Below, piece by piece: positions 25,042-34,371 of a stretch of 64,000 nucleotides of DNA. Made by a program: the position numbers and the translations under genes. Each line of letters begins with the position of its first letter. Position 1 is the stretch's first letter. This DNA is from Vicinamibacteria bacterium. Its GTDB lineage: Bacteria > Acidobacteriota > Vicinamibacteria > Fen-336 > JAGNNV01. The stretch lies in contig JAIBCN010000181.1 in assembly GCA_019694155.1 (NCBI GenBank), forward strand, positions 6,523 through 70,522, in the 5' to 3' direction. The notes under the pieces were generated by a model that saw only the letters and a program-made list of their open reading frames with translations, searched no databases and was not told the DNA's origin.

Positions 25042-26319
25042 CTACACGTACCGGAGGGATTCGGCGGGCCGTTGCCTCGATGCCGACCAGGAGGGGACGA
25101 ACGAGGCGATCACGCTGACTCCGAGCATGATGAGCGGCGGCGTCAGCACGTCTCCGAGCTTGAGTGTGGGAAACAGGCGATCGCCGCCGTAGGTGTATTT
25201 CTGCGCCTCGCTGAAGGCCGGGATGCCGTGCTGGGAGAAGTAGACGATGGTCGCCGCTCCAAGCACCGCGCCCAGGGTTGCGCCGAACAGGCCCAGCAGA
25301 AACCCTTCGGACAGGAAGATGGAGAGGACATCCTGCTTGCGCGCGCCCATGGCCCGCATGGTGCCCATCTCCCGGGTGCGCTCGAAGGTGGCCATGAGGA
25401 CGGTGTTGAGAACCCCCGCGGCCACGATCACGCCCATGACGAAGTTCATGATGGCGGCGATGAACCTCGTGACCAGCATGCCGCCGATGAAGGGGCCTCC
25501 CATGTCCTCCCAGGTGAAGGCGGTGGCGTTCACGCCCCGTGCCTTGAAAGCCGCGTTCAGCCGGTCGCGCACGGAATCCGCCTCCCGCCCGGAGTCCTTC
25601 AGGCGGAGCACCACGAGTCCCGCCTGGCCCGGCACATCGAGAATCTCCTGGACGCCTTCGAGGTCGGCGTAGCACGAGCCCCATTCGTAGGCTTCGAGCC
25701 CCTTGATCGTGTAGATGCCGGTGACTTGGAGTCTCGTTCCGTTGAGGCGCCCATCCGAGGTGGTCCCGAGAGCCACGAGGTCGTCACCGGGCCCAATTCC
25801 CAGCCTTCGGGCGACCCCGCGGTTGATGAGGACGCCCTTCTCGCCGGGTTCGAAGTGCCGGCCCTCGACCACGGAGAGGGCCGGGTAGGTGGCCGCCCGG
25901 GCCCGAGCGTCGATGCCGATGAGCACGCCGTCCATGGTTGTGTCCTTGAACGAAAGAAGAGCGCCCACCATGAGCCTGGAGAGACCCGACTCGATGCGCG
26001 GGTCCATGCGTCGGGCTTCTTCGATGAGGTCCAGCGGTTTGCTGATCAGCCGGTAGTTGTTCTGCGGCATGATGAACGAGATCTCCCCGGTCTCATCCGC
26101 GGCGGCGTCGCTCCGGTAGATCTGCACATGGCCGAGCGTCGCGTTCTTCGCCGGTTCCACCACCGCGCGCTCCATCGCATCCGTCCACGCCTGCCCGAGG
26201 ACCATGAGGGCGATGCCGAACGCGAGGGCGCCGATGGTGAGTCCCGTGCGCCGGCGGTGCCGCGAGAGATTCCGGAAAGCCAGGCGCAGGATGAACGGCG
26301 TCGCGGAGGTCGTGCTCAC
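25042..26319 (-). CDS. FtsX-like ABC transporter permease (MacB/LolE type, with periplasmic domain); no cognate ATPase in the window
   Basis: N-terminal LRLAFRNLSRHRRRTG motif, a large periplasmic domain, and a C-terminal FtsX 3-TM bundle. A GTG start is inferred at 26317-26319, overlapping the upstream stop (TAGTG). The track shows it fused inside a 754-aa ORF. Confidence 0.8.
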   Translation of the reverse strand: MSTTSATPFILRLAFRNLSRHRRRTGLTIGALAFGIALMVLGQAWTDAMERAVVEPAKNATLGHVQIYRSDAAADETGEISFIMPQNNYRLISKPLDLIEEARRMDPRIESGLSRLMVGALLSFKDTTMDGVLIGIDARARAATYPALSVVEGRHFEPGEKGVLINRGVARRLGIGPGDDLVALGTTSDGRLNGTRLQVTGIYTIKGLEAYEWGSCYADLEGVQEILDVPGQAGLVVLRLKDSGREADSVRDRLNAAFKARGVNATAFTWEDMGGPFIGGMLVTRFIAAIMNFVMGVIVAAGVLNTVLMATFERTREMGTMRAMGARKQDVLSIFLSEGFLLGLFGATLGAVLGAATIVYFSQHGIPAFSEAQKYTYGGDRLFPTLKLGDVLTPPLIMLGVSVIASFVPSWSASRQRPAESLRYV

Positions 26320-27287
26320 TAGGCGAGAACCCCAACCTGCCCGCCCGTGTGCCAGAAGAGAACCGACGTCGTGTCGGCAAGCGACCCACTCCGCACCAGA
26401 GCGATGAGCCCGGCCAGAGCCTTGGCGGTGTAGGTGTGATCCACCACGATGCCTTCGCTGCGGGCGAGAAGGGTCTGGGCCTCCCGCGAGGCCTCGGTGG
26501 GAATCCCGTAGCCCTCGCCCACGAAGGAATCGTCCACTTCCGCCTTCCGCGGGGCCGCGTCCGACCCCGCGAGGTGGAGCAGGCCTCTCTCGATGTCTTC
26601 GACGAGAGCGCCAAGCGGCGCCGCGCGTTCGTCGGCGCTGATGCCGATCACCCGGGTTTTCAGGCCCGTGAGAACCACGCCCGCCAGCAGCCCCCCCTGC
26701 GTGCCTCCGGATGAGGAGGCGTGGACGATCACGTCCGGCTGATGCCCGGCGTCGAGCATTTCGGAGACGCCGAGGGCGAGGCCCGCCGCTCCGAGCGGCG
26801 TGGAGGCGCCAAGGGGAATCACGAACGGCCTTCGCCCCTCCGCCCGCCGTTCCTTCTCGAGCGCCGCCATCGCCGGCGCGCGATCGGCGCGGTCGGGCAC
26901 GAAATGAAGCCTCGCTCCGAACATCTCGTCGAGGCGGGTGTTTCCAGTGAGGATCGCCGGGCGAGCCCCCGAGAGGACGAGGTCGCAGTCGAGGCCCAGT
27001 CGCGCGGCGGCGGCGGCGGTGGCGCGGCAGTGGTTCGACTGGATTCCGCCGCAGGTGATCACGGTGAGCGCGTCTTCCCCCACCGCGGCCGCCATCACCA
27101 GCTCCAGCTTGCGCACTTTGTTCCCGCCGAATCCGAACGGGATGGAGTCGTCGCGCTTGATGAAGATCGGGCCTCGCGAGTCGATGGCCTTCTCGAACCG
27201 ATCGAGGCGGTGCACGAGCGACGGCGCGCCCATCAGGGACACGCGGGGCAGGGCCCGAAGGGGGGCGAGGGGCTTGTCGGGGCTCAC
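26319..27287 (-). CDS. PLP-dependent D-cysteine desulfhydrase / ACC deaminase family enzyme
   Basis: GGNKVRKLE motif (PLP-Lys). Fold-type II PLP enzyme architecture. 322 aa. Confidence 0.85.
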   Translation of the reverse strand: MSPDKPLAPLRALPRVSLMGAPSLVHRLDRFEKAIDSRGPIFIKRDDSIPFGFGGNKVRKLELVMAAAVGEDALTVITCGGIQSNHCRATAAAAARLGLDCDLVLSGARPAILTGNTRLDEMFGARLHFVPDRADRAPAMAALEKERRAEGRRPFVIPLGASTPLGAAGLALGVSEMLDAGHQPDVIVHASSSGGTQGGLLAGVVLTGLKTRVIGISADERAAPLGALVEDIERGLLHLAGSDAAPRKAEVDDSFVGEGYGIPTEASREAQTLLARSEGIVVDHTYTAKALAGLIALVRSGSLADTTSVLFWHTGGQVGVLA

Positions 27288-27383
27288 GGGGAGGCCAATC
27301 TACCAAGCCTGCGCCGGAGCGCCGGCCTGGGTCCAGGGCCTTCAGGGCCCTCCCGTGGGCCGCCGATATACTGCACCGCCCCT

Positions 27384-28382
27384 ATGAACCGCCGCGCCGC
27401 CATCACCTCCATTGGCCGGTACCTGCCTCCCCGGGTGCTGGATAACAAGCACTTCGAGAAGCTCGTGGCCACGAACGATGAGTGGATCCGCACGCGCACC
27501 GGGATCACCACCCGCCACCACGCCGAGAAGGGCGTCGGCAGTTCTGAACTCGGCGCCGCGGCCGCCCGCGAATGCCTCGAGCGGCGCGGGATCAAGGCGT
27601 CCGAGGTCGATCTCATCATCGTGGCCACGGTCACGCCCGACATGGTCTTCCCCGCGACGGCCTGCCTGATCCAGGACAGGATCGGCGCCTCCAGGGCCTG
27701 GGGCTTCGATCTTTCCGCCGCCTGTTCCGGCTTCGTCTACGCCCTCACCGTGGGCGCGCAGTTCATCGAAAGCGGCTCGCACCAGAAGGTCCTGGTCATC
27801 GGCGCCGAAGTCATGTCCTCGATTCTCGACTTCCAGGACCGCACCACCTGCGTTCTCTTTGGAGACGGTGCGGGCGCGATCCTCCTCGAGCCCTCGGACG
27901 ATGGTTCCGGGCTTCTCGCCTTCACCCACGAAGTCGACGGCTCGGGGGCCGGCTTCCTGCAGATGCCCGCGGGCGGCAGCCTCCATCCCCCTTCGCACGA
28001 GACCATCGACAAGCGGATGCACTACGTGAAGCAGGAAGGCCAGGCCGTCTTCAAGTACGCGGTGCGGAAGATGGCGGAGGCCTCGGTTCTGGCCGTGGAG
28101 AAAGCCGGCCTGAGGAACGAGGACATCGGACTGTTCATTCCGCACCAGGCGAACATCAGGATCATCGAAGCCGCTCAGGCGCGGCTCGGGCTCCCCGACT
28201 CCAAGGTGGTGAAGAACATCGCGACCTACGGCAACACCACCGCGGCGACCATTCCCCTCGGCATCTACACCGCCCTCGAGGAGAAGCGCCTCGCCAAAGG
28301 CGACAACCTCCTCATGACCGCGGTGGGCGCGGGCTTCACCGTGGGTTCGGCCGTCCTGCGCTGGTCGACGCTCGCGCTTTAG
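27384..28382 (+). CDS. fabH: 3-oxoacyl-ACP synthase III (KAS III)
   Basis: Cys-His-Asn triad motifs [17 protein letters not shown] and [10 protein letters not shown]. 336 aa. The ATG is at 27384, inside the longer track ORF 26721..28382. Confidence 0.95.
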   Translation: MNRRAAITSIGRYLPPRVLDNKHFEKLVATNDEWIRTRTGITTRHHAEKGVGSSELGAAAARECLERRGIKASEVDLIIVATVTPDMVFPATACLIQDRIGASRAWGFDLSAACSGFVYALTVGAQFIESGSHQKVLVIGAEVMSSILDFQDRTTCVLFGDGAGAILLEPSDDGSGLLAFTHEVDGSGAGFLQMPAGGSLHPPSHETIDKRMHYVKQEGQAVFKYAVRKMAEASVLAVEKAGLRNEDIGLFIPHQANIRIIEAAQARLGLPDSKVVKNIATYGNTTAATIPLGIYTALEEKRLAKGDNLLMTAVGAGFTVGSAVLRWSTLAL

Positions 28383-28394
28383 GGCGCGTTCCCC

Positions 28395-28706
28395 ATGGGC
28401 TTCCTGGCCTTCATCGTTCGGGCCATCCTCTTCCTATTCGTCTTTCGCCTCGCCGGTATCGTGCTGCGCGCCTTCATGGGAGGGTTCCGCCAGGGCTCGA
28501 AACCCGAGGGGGCGTCGCGGGTCAATCGGCACGCGGCGTGGCCCCCGAGTCCGGAGCCCCGGGGACAGGTGGAGGAACTGGTGAAAGACCCGGTGTGCGG
28601 CGTGCACACCGCGCGCTCTTCGGCGATCGTCGGGCGCCATCAGGGCTCGACCGCCTACTTTTGTTCCGAAGAGTGCGCGGCCCGGGCGGACGCGGGGACC
28701 GCCTGA
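28395..28706 (+). CDS. Small membrane-anchored YHS/TRASH-like metal-binding domain protein
   Basis: N-terminal TM (FLAFIVRAILFLFVFRLAGIVL). C-terminal DPVCGVHT...YFCSEEC matches the YHS domain consensus (DPVCGMxV...YYFCSxxC). Confidence 0.6.
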   Translation: MGFLAFIVRAILFLFVFRLAGIVLRAFMGGFRQGSKPEGASRVNRHAAWPPSPEPRGQVEELVKDPVCGVHTARSSAIVGRHQGSTAYFCSEECAARADAGTA

Positions 28707-28712
28707 CCGGCC

Positions 28713-29498
28713 CTAAGCCTGGGCGGGCTCTTTCTTCGCGGCGAGAGAGGCCTTGAGCGCCTCCATGATGTCGATGATCTGGGCCCGCGGCTGTTCGGGA
28801 GCCACGGAGATCTCCTGGCCCTGGATCTTCCGGTCGATGGCCGCCTGCATCCGCTTCCGCACCTCGTCCTCGTAGTGCGAAGGTTCGAAAGCGGGTGACG
28901 TGATCTGGTCGATGAGCTGCACGGCCAGCTTCAGCTCGTTCTCCTTGGTCTCCGCCGTTCCCACCGGCACTTCGTCCAGCGGCCGGACCTCGTCGGGATA
29001 GCGGAGCTGCTGCAGGATCACCACGTTCTTCAAGGGCCGCAACAGAACGAGATACTGCTTGCCCCGCGCCGCCCATTTCGCCACCGCGACCCGCCCCGTC
29101 TTCTTCATGGCGTCGCAGAGAAGACGGTAAGCCTTCTCGCCGCCCTTGTCCGGCGCCAGGTAGGAGGCGTTTTCGTAGTAGATCGGGTCGACCTCCTTGA
29201 TATCGAGGAACTCAGCGATGTCGATGAGGCCGGTCTTCTCCTCCTCCATCTTCTTGATCTCGTCCGCCGTGAACACCACGTACTGTTCCTTGGCGAACTC
29301 GTAGCCTTTGACCATCTCGGTCCTCGGGACCACCACGCCCGCGTCGCGTTCGCAGATGTACTGCTGCTTCACGCGTCCCTTGCACTTCTCGTGCAGCATG
29401 TTGAAGGAGATGGAAGCCTTGCTCTCGGTGGCCGAGAAGAGCTTCACGGGAATGGAAACCATTCCGAACGAAATGGTGGCGGCAGCGGTAGGTCTCAT
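28713..29498 (-). CDS. ku: Ku protein (NHEJ DNA-end-binding)
   Basis: MRPTAAATISFGMVSIPVKLFSATE... is the canonical bacterial Ku N-terminus. Basic C-terminal tail. 261 aa. The ATG is at 29498, inside the 856-aa track ORF. Confidence 0.9.
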   Translation of the reverse strand: MRPTAAATISFGMVSIPVKLFSATESKASISFNMLHEKCKGRVKQQYICERDAGVVVPRTEMVKGYEFAKEQYVVFTADEIKKMEEEKTGLIDIAEFLDIKEVDPIYYENASYLAPDKGGEKAYRLLCDAMKKTGRVAVAKWAARGKQYLVLLRPLKNVVILQQLRYPDEVRPLDEVPVGTAETKENELKLAVQLIDQITSPAFEPSHYEDEVRKRMQAAIDRKIQGQEISVAPEQPRAQIIDIMEALKASLAAKKEPAQA

Positions 29499-29533
29499 GG
29501 GGTGTCCTTGCCTGCGAAGAAGTTCGGAAGAGC

Positions 29534-31078
29534 TTATGCCCGGGCCGCGGTCGCCCGGGTGAGCCTTGTCTCCTCGTCCACCGCGATGGTCCGCGCGGCC
29601 AGGACGAAGAGCGCAAAGGCGACCACATTCGACAGGGTCGCGGCCATGAAGGCGAGGCGCAGGCTTCCCCAAAGATCCGAGAGCCGCCCCACGACGTAGG
29701 GGCCGAGGGTCAGCCCGATGATGGTGACGAAGAGCAGGAAGACCGCGGACGCGCGCGCGCGCATGTGAGGGAGAACGAGGTCCTGCACGGTGGAGCTGCC
29801 GGCTCCCAGCCAGAGCGCCGCGAAGACCTGGGCGAGGGCGAAGAGCCAAAGGGCCAGGTCCCGGTCTGCGACGGTCAGGGCCAGGAGCAGGAGGGGTATG
29901 GGGATCAGGGCATTCATCATTCCCACGATCAGACGCCCGGAAGGGGTCCGCCGCCGCAGCCGGTCGGCGAGGATCCCGCCCACCGTGACACCGAGGCCGC
30001 CTCCCAGCGCCGAGATCAATCCGAGTCGCGCGCCGATCTCGGATGCCGAGTAACCGTGGTAGCGGATGAAGAACTGCGCGGTCCACAGGCTGACGGCGTA
30101 GCCGGTGAAAGAGAGAAAGGAGAAACCCAGGGCGGCCAGGCGAAGAGAGGGCGTCTCGAAGATGAGGGCGAAGGCGTCTGGCTCGCGCACCCGAAGGCGT
30201 TGAGCCAGGGTGACGACCACGTAGAGACCGACCGCGACGCACGTCCACTGAATCGGGTCGCCGAAGGCCAGCGACAGCGAAGCGGCGCCCGCGAGGCAGG
30301 CCGCGAATGCTCCGGCGTTCTGGGCGGCGGGCACCGAGTCGCGCCGGAGGACGAACAGCGAGAAAGGAGGCATCAGGGCCAGGCCCTCTCGCAGCGCGGA
30401 GCGAAGCGCACTCGAGCCGCCCACCGGAGGCGTGGCGGGGATTTCCTCCTGAGCGCCGCGCTCGGGCTCGCGGAACGAGAGCACCAGGGGTACGAGCAGG
30501 AGGCCGGGAAGTCCCGCGATCAGGAACGCCGCCTGCCAGCCGCGGAGTCCAAAGGGCTCCTGGCCTGGAAGGAAGGCGGCGCTCCACGCGTCCACCACCG
30601 TGCCTCCCAGATACGAACTCAGGCCGATGCCGACATAGATTCCAAGGGAGTAGATCCCGAGCGCCGTGCCCCGTCGCGCCCTGGGAAAGAGGTCGGCGAG
30701 GAGAGAGTAGGCGGCGGGGGACGCGCTCGCTTCGCCCACACCCACACCCACCCGCGCGAGAGCCAGGCTCGAGAAGCCGGTGGCGAGCCCGGAGGCCGCG
30801 GTCATGAGGCTCCACAGAGCGAGGCCCGAGGCGATGAGCTTGCGCCTCGAGCCCAGATCGGCGTAGATCCCCAGAGGAACGCCGAACACCGCGTAGAAAA
30901 TGCCGAACACCGTCCCGTACAGGAAGCCGATCTGCGCGTCGGAGATCAGCAGGTCGGCCTTCACCTTCCCGGCGAGGATGGCGAGGATCTGCCGGTCGAC
31001 GAAGTTCAGTATCGACACGGCGAACAGCACCGCGAGGATGAGGCGGGACCGGGTGTTCTTCGCGACCTCGCCTTCCAT
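29534..31078 (-). CDS. MFS transporter (Spinster-like)
   Basis: 12-TM topology. MFS motif A-like GxLaDrxGrR (GIYADLGSRRKL). Confidence 0.85.
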   Translation of the reverse strand: MEGEVAKNTRSRLILAVLFAVSILNFVDRQILAILAGKVKADLLISDAQIGFLYGTVFGIFYAVFGVPLGIYADLGSRRKLIASGLALWSLMTAASGLATGFSSLALARVGVGVGEASASPAAYSLLADLFPRARRGTALGIYSLGIYVGIGLSSYLGGTVVDAWSAAFLPGQEPFGLRGWQAAFLIAGLPGLLLVPLVLSFREPERGAQEEIPATPPVGGSSALRSALREGLALMPPFSLFVLRRDSVPAAQNAGAFAACLAGAASLSLAFGDPIQWTCVAVGLYVVVTLAQRLRVREPDAFALIFETPSLRLAALGFSFLSFTGYAVSLWTAQFFIRYHGYSASEIGARLGLISALGGGLGVTVGGILADRLRRRTPSGRLIVGMMNALIPIPLLLLALTVADRDLALWLFALAQVFAALWLGAGSSTVQDLVLPHMRARASAVFLLFVTIIGLTLGPYVVGRLSDLWGSLRLAFMAATLSNVVAFALFVLAARTIAVDEETRLTRATAARA

Positions 31079-31142
31079 GCGGCGCCCAAGTTAATACGCC
31101 AGCCCGCTTCTCCTCACGTCGCCCCTGTCGCATGATTGAGCC

Positions 31143-31940
31143 ATGATGGAGACCGCGAAGAACTTTCTGGTGACCCGGGGAGTCGATTTCCTCGTCCAGC
31201 TGGGGGCGGCAATTGCGCTCTACGTGACCGGGCGCTGGGCGATCCGGTTCGTGAGAATCTTCGCCCGCCGCGCTCTGGATCACCGGAAACTCGATCCGAC
31301 CCTCGCCAAGTACATCGACCAGACGCTCGGCGTCGTTCTCACCACCCTCCTCATCATCGCGTCCCTGGGCGTGATCGGTGTGCAGACGAACTCGCTCGCC
31401 GGACTGCTTGCCGCCGCCGGCGTGGCGATCGGCGTCGCCTGGTCCGGACTTCTCTCGAACATCGCGGCCGGCCTGTTCATGATCTCCCTGCGTCCGTTCA
31501 AGAAGGGGGACACGGTTCAGATCGGCGGCGTGCTCGGCGACGTCGAGCTCATCGGCTTCTTCGGCACCTCACTCCTGGCCCCCGACGGCACCAAGATCAT
31601 CGTGGGCAACGCGAAAGCGCTCGCCGACAACATCCACAACCTCTCGGGGGGGCCGTTCCGCAGGGTCGACGCGCGCGCTCAACTCCCCTGGGGATGCGAT
31701 CCCTCGGCCTTCTACGAGGCCGTGCGCCGCCGCCTGGCCCAGGAACCAAAGGTGCTGGCCATGCCCGTGCCCGTGGTGGAGACGTTCGACAACAACGCCG
31801 CGGGCCCGGTCGCGGTGATCCGGCCCTGTTGCGCTCCCGCCGACTACGGGGAGATCTTCTTCCTCACCAACCGGATCGTGGCGGAGGAGATCGCGAAGGC
31901 GGGGCTCAGCGCGCCTTCTCCCCCGGGCCTGCTCAGGTAA
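31143..31940 (+). CDS. Small-conductance mechanosensitive channel (MscS family)
   Basis: Three N-terminal TMs, then the beta-domain motif (RPFKKGDTVQIGGVLGDVELIGFFGTSLLAPDGTKIIVGN). Confidence 0.85.
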   Translation: MMETAKNFLVTRGVDFLVQLGAAIALYVTGRWAIRFVRIFARRALDHRKLDPTLAKYIDQTLGVVLTTLLIIASLGVIGVQTNSLAGLLAAAGVAIGVAWSGLLSNIAAGLFMISLRPFKKGDTVQIGGVLGDVELIGFFGTSLLAPDGTKIIVGNAKALADNIHNLSGGPFRRVDARAQLPWGCDPSAFYEAVRRRLAQEPKVLAMPVPVVETFDNNAAGPVAVIRPCCAPADYGEIFFLTNRIVAEEIAKAGLSAPSPPGLLR

Positions 31941-32565
31941 GGAACGGGTTCGACGCTCGCTCCTCGGCGATGGTGGTGTCCGGCCCGTGGCCGGCGATCA
32001 CCCGGGTCTGGCCGGGCAGAGGCAGAAGCCGCTCGCGAATGGAACGGATCTCCGTGTCGAAATCACCGCCCCACAGATCGGTGCGGCCGATGCTTCCGGA
32101 GAAGAGCGTGTCTCCCGAGAAGAGCAGGTTCCGGCTGCCCAGAAAGAACGAGCAGGAACCCGGGGTGTGCCCCGGCGTGTGCAGAACCTCGATGGAATCG
32201 CCCTTCGAGCCGAAGAAGATGACGTCGCCCTGGTGGATGTGCTCGTCCACCTTGCCGCGCACGGGGGTGTCGAGGCCGATCATCCCGGCCTGCATGGCGA
32301 GATTGTCGTAGAGCGGCAGGTCCTTCTCGTGGAGCATCACGCGGGCGCCCGTCTTCTCCCGCACCTCGTGGTTGCCGCCCACGTGATCGAGGTGCGTGTG
32401 GGTGATGAGGATGGCCTTCGGTATGAGCCCGTGGCCGGCGAGACGCTTCAGAACCTTGAGCGGCTCGTCGCCCGGATCGATCACGATGGCTTCACCCGTC
32501 TCGGGATCGCCGAGGATGGTGCAATTGCACTGGAGGGGGCCGACGGGGAAGGTTTCGATGATCAA
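31933..32565 (-). CDS. MBL-fold metallo-hydrolase (GloB/hydroxyacylglutathione-hydrolase-like)
   Basis: THTHLDHVGG (HxHxDH). Downstream His/Asp ligands (HTPGHTPGS). A TTG start is inferred at 32565, overlapping the upstream stop (TTGA). The longer ATG-initiated track ORF has an Arg-rich, non-coding-looking N-terminus. Confidence 0.75.
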   Translation of the reverse strand: MIIETFPVGPLQCNCTILGDPETGEAIVIDPGDEPLKVLKRLAGHGLIPKAILITHTHLDHVGGNHEVREKTGARVMLHEKDLPLYDNLAMQAGMIGLDTPVRGKVDEHIHQGDVIFFGSKGDSIEVLHTPGHTPGSCSFFLGSRNLLFSGDTLFSGSIGRTDLWGGDFDTEIRSIRERLLPLPGQTRVIAGHGPDTTIAEERASNPFLT

Positions 32566-33953
32566 GAGGCGCGTTCCTGTTCGAGCGGTCCCCGGAGGTA
32601 TCCCGAGGCGACGGCCAGGGCAATCATCGCAAGAAGGCCCCACGAATAGACATTGAAGAGGCCGACATCGAGCGGCCCGAGGCGCGGCATACCGAAAGCG
32701 CCGCCCGAAGCGGTGGCGGACGACATCAGGATGGTGGGCAGGAAATAGGGGAACAGGAACGGGTAGGTGCAGACGGTGACGTCGAGGAGATTCGCGCGGC
32801 GGTAGGCGGACAGACCGAACCGCCCGCCGGTTTCCCGGGCGAAGGCGCCCACCGCGAGCATGGCCACCACACTGTGGGTGGTGAGAAGGACGGCCAGGCT
32901 GACCGCGACCACGATCCACAGTTCCGCGGCGCGCGGCGTCTTCGCTCTGCGCCGCGCGAGATGCACGAGCGATTCCTGGAGGCCGGTGGCGATCAGCGTG
33001 CCCACGAGGCCCATCAGCAGCAGGGTGAAAATCGAAACGCCCACCCCGCGCTCGAGCCCCTTGAGAATGAGGCCTCGGGCCACGAAGTTGTCACGATCGA
33101 TATAGAGAAGCTCCGCGGGTGCGAGGAGGCCGAAGCCGAGGCCGAGGAGCACGGCCAGCATGATCCCCACGAGCAATCCGTCGAGGAGGTGCTTGCGGCG
33201 AAGCAGGAGAGCGAGCACCACGACGGGAGCCATCAGCATGGGCAGGGCGCGAAGCGATCCTCCGGGGGAGGAGGGCGTTCCGGACATGTCACCGCGGCCG
33301 AACAGCAGGTACGCGATGAGCGCGAGCAGGGCGGGCGGGAAGACGTAGCCGAAGCGGCTCCTCACCACGCCGCCGATATCGGCGCCCTGGGTTCCCGCCG
33401 AGGCGATGGTGGTATCGGAGATGGGCGAGATGCTGTCTCCGAACGTGGAGCCCGCGAGAATCGCCCCGGCGAGCCACCGCGGATCCGCGGCCAGCGATCC
33501 CCCGGCGGGATACAGCAGTGGGCCGCACACGAGGATGGTGCCGAAGCTCGTGCCGGTAGCCGTCGAGACCAGGGAGCAGATGAGGAACGACAGGGCCACG
33601 AAACCGCCGCCCCGGAGCCCGAAGGAAGAGCCTGCGGTCACGAGCGCCTGGATGAGGCCGGAGGCGCGCAGCAACTCCGACAGAACGCCGGAGAGAAGCC
33701 AGGCGAGGATCATGAGCGCCACGATCTCCTGGCTCATCGAACGGATCACCGCCTCGCTCCAGCGCGTGCGGTCCCTTGCCAGGAGCAGGCTCACGCACAG
33801 AGCGCCCAGAACGATCGGCCAGAAGCCGCGCTCGTCGGGCGCGCCGAGGAGCGCGAGGGCGGTGACTCCGGCCAGGAAGACGAGAGCGGGAACGATGGCT
33901 CCGACGACCCCGCCATGGAACGAAAGCCGGGTGGAAGGAGGTCCCTCGCTCAT
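32562..33953 (-). CDS. NhaC-family Na+/H+ antiporter-like polytopic membrane transporter
   Basis: 463 aa, about 12 TMs. Gly/Ser-rich re-entrant-like segments (GSTFGDSISPISDTTIASAG) typical of NhaC/YfcC-type carriers. Confidence 0.65.
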   Translation of the reverse strand: MSEGPPSTRLSFHGGVVGAIVPALVFLAGVTALALLGAPDERGFWPIVLGALCVSLLLARDRTRWSEAVIRSMSQEIVALMILAWLLSGVLSELLRASGLIQALVTAGSSFGLRGGGFVALSFLICSLVSTATGTSFGTILVCGPLLYPAGGSLAADPRWLAGAILAGSTFGDSISPISDTTIASAGTQGADIGGVVRSRFGYVFPPALLALIAYLLFGRGDMSGTPSSPGGSLRALPMLMAPVVVLALLLRRKHLLDGLLVGIMLAVLLGLGFGLLAPAELLYIDRDNFVARGLILKGLERGVGVSIFTLLLMGLVGTLIATGLQESLVHLARRRAKTPRAAELWIVVAVSLAVLLTTHSVVAMLAVGAFARETGGRFGLSAYRRANLLDVTVCTYPFLFPYFLPTILMSSATASGGAFGMPRLGPLDVGLFNVYSWGLLAMIALAVASGYLRGPLEQERAS

Positions 33954-33972
33954 CGTGGCTATGCTAAGTGGA

Positions 33973-34371
33973 ATGACCCGGAAACAAACGCGCCGCCGCC
34001 CTTCCGCGGAGTTTCAGCTCTTCGATCTGCGCGTCGAGGTCGAGCAGGCGAAAGGTCTGCCCATGGTCTGCAATCACAAGGTGGGGGACTCCTTCGAGCT
34101 GCGGGGCGAGAACTTCTCCTTGCCCCCGGGGCAGACGTTTCCTCTTTACGCGCTGGCCGCGATTCTTCCCCTCCTGCCCGCCAAGCAAAGGGAAACCCAT
34201 CCTCACGACTGGATGACCACGGACGCCCTGATCGCCTGTCCCGACCCCAACTGCGGCGGGCGTTTTCGCATCACCCGCGTCGGCACGAGTACCTTCGACC
34301 ACGCCGACGTGACGGTGGTGCCGCTTCCGCCCGGCCCCCCGAAGGCGCGCTCCCGGAAACGTGCGCACTGA
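33973..34371 (+). CDS. TIGR04076-like small cysteine-motif protein (function unknown)
   Basis: The C-terminal motif DALIACPDPNCGGRFRITRV resembles the conserved CCTDGxRPVVFEL block of the TIGR04076 family. 132 aa. Overlaps the AKR start by 11 nt. Confidence 0.45.
   Translation: MTRKQTRRRPSAEFQLFDLRVEVEQAKGLPMVCNHKVGDSFELRGENFSLPPGQTFPLYALAAILPLLPAKQRETHPHDWMTTDALIACPDPNCGGRFRITRVGTSTFDHADVTVVPLPPGPPKARSRKRAH

Noticed and set aside
24739-26322. 527-aa plus-strand ORF over TauE and the FtsX permease
   Set aside because: Antisense artifact. The opposite strand encodes well-formed TM proteins.
25042-27306. 754-aa minus-strand ORF
   Set aside because: Its N-terminal about 330 aa are an out-of-frame read through the ACC-deaminase-like gene, with 30% Arg and no motif. 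Only the C-terminal 426 aa, from a GTG at about 26319, form the FtsX permease.
28713-31283. 856-aa minus-strand ORF
   Set aside because: Only the last 261 aa are Ku. Upstream is an out-of-frame read across the MFS gene, which itself is clean in another frame (29534..31078).
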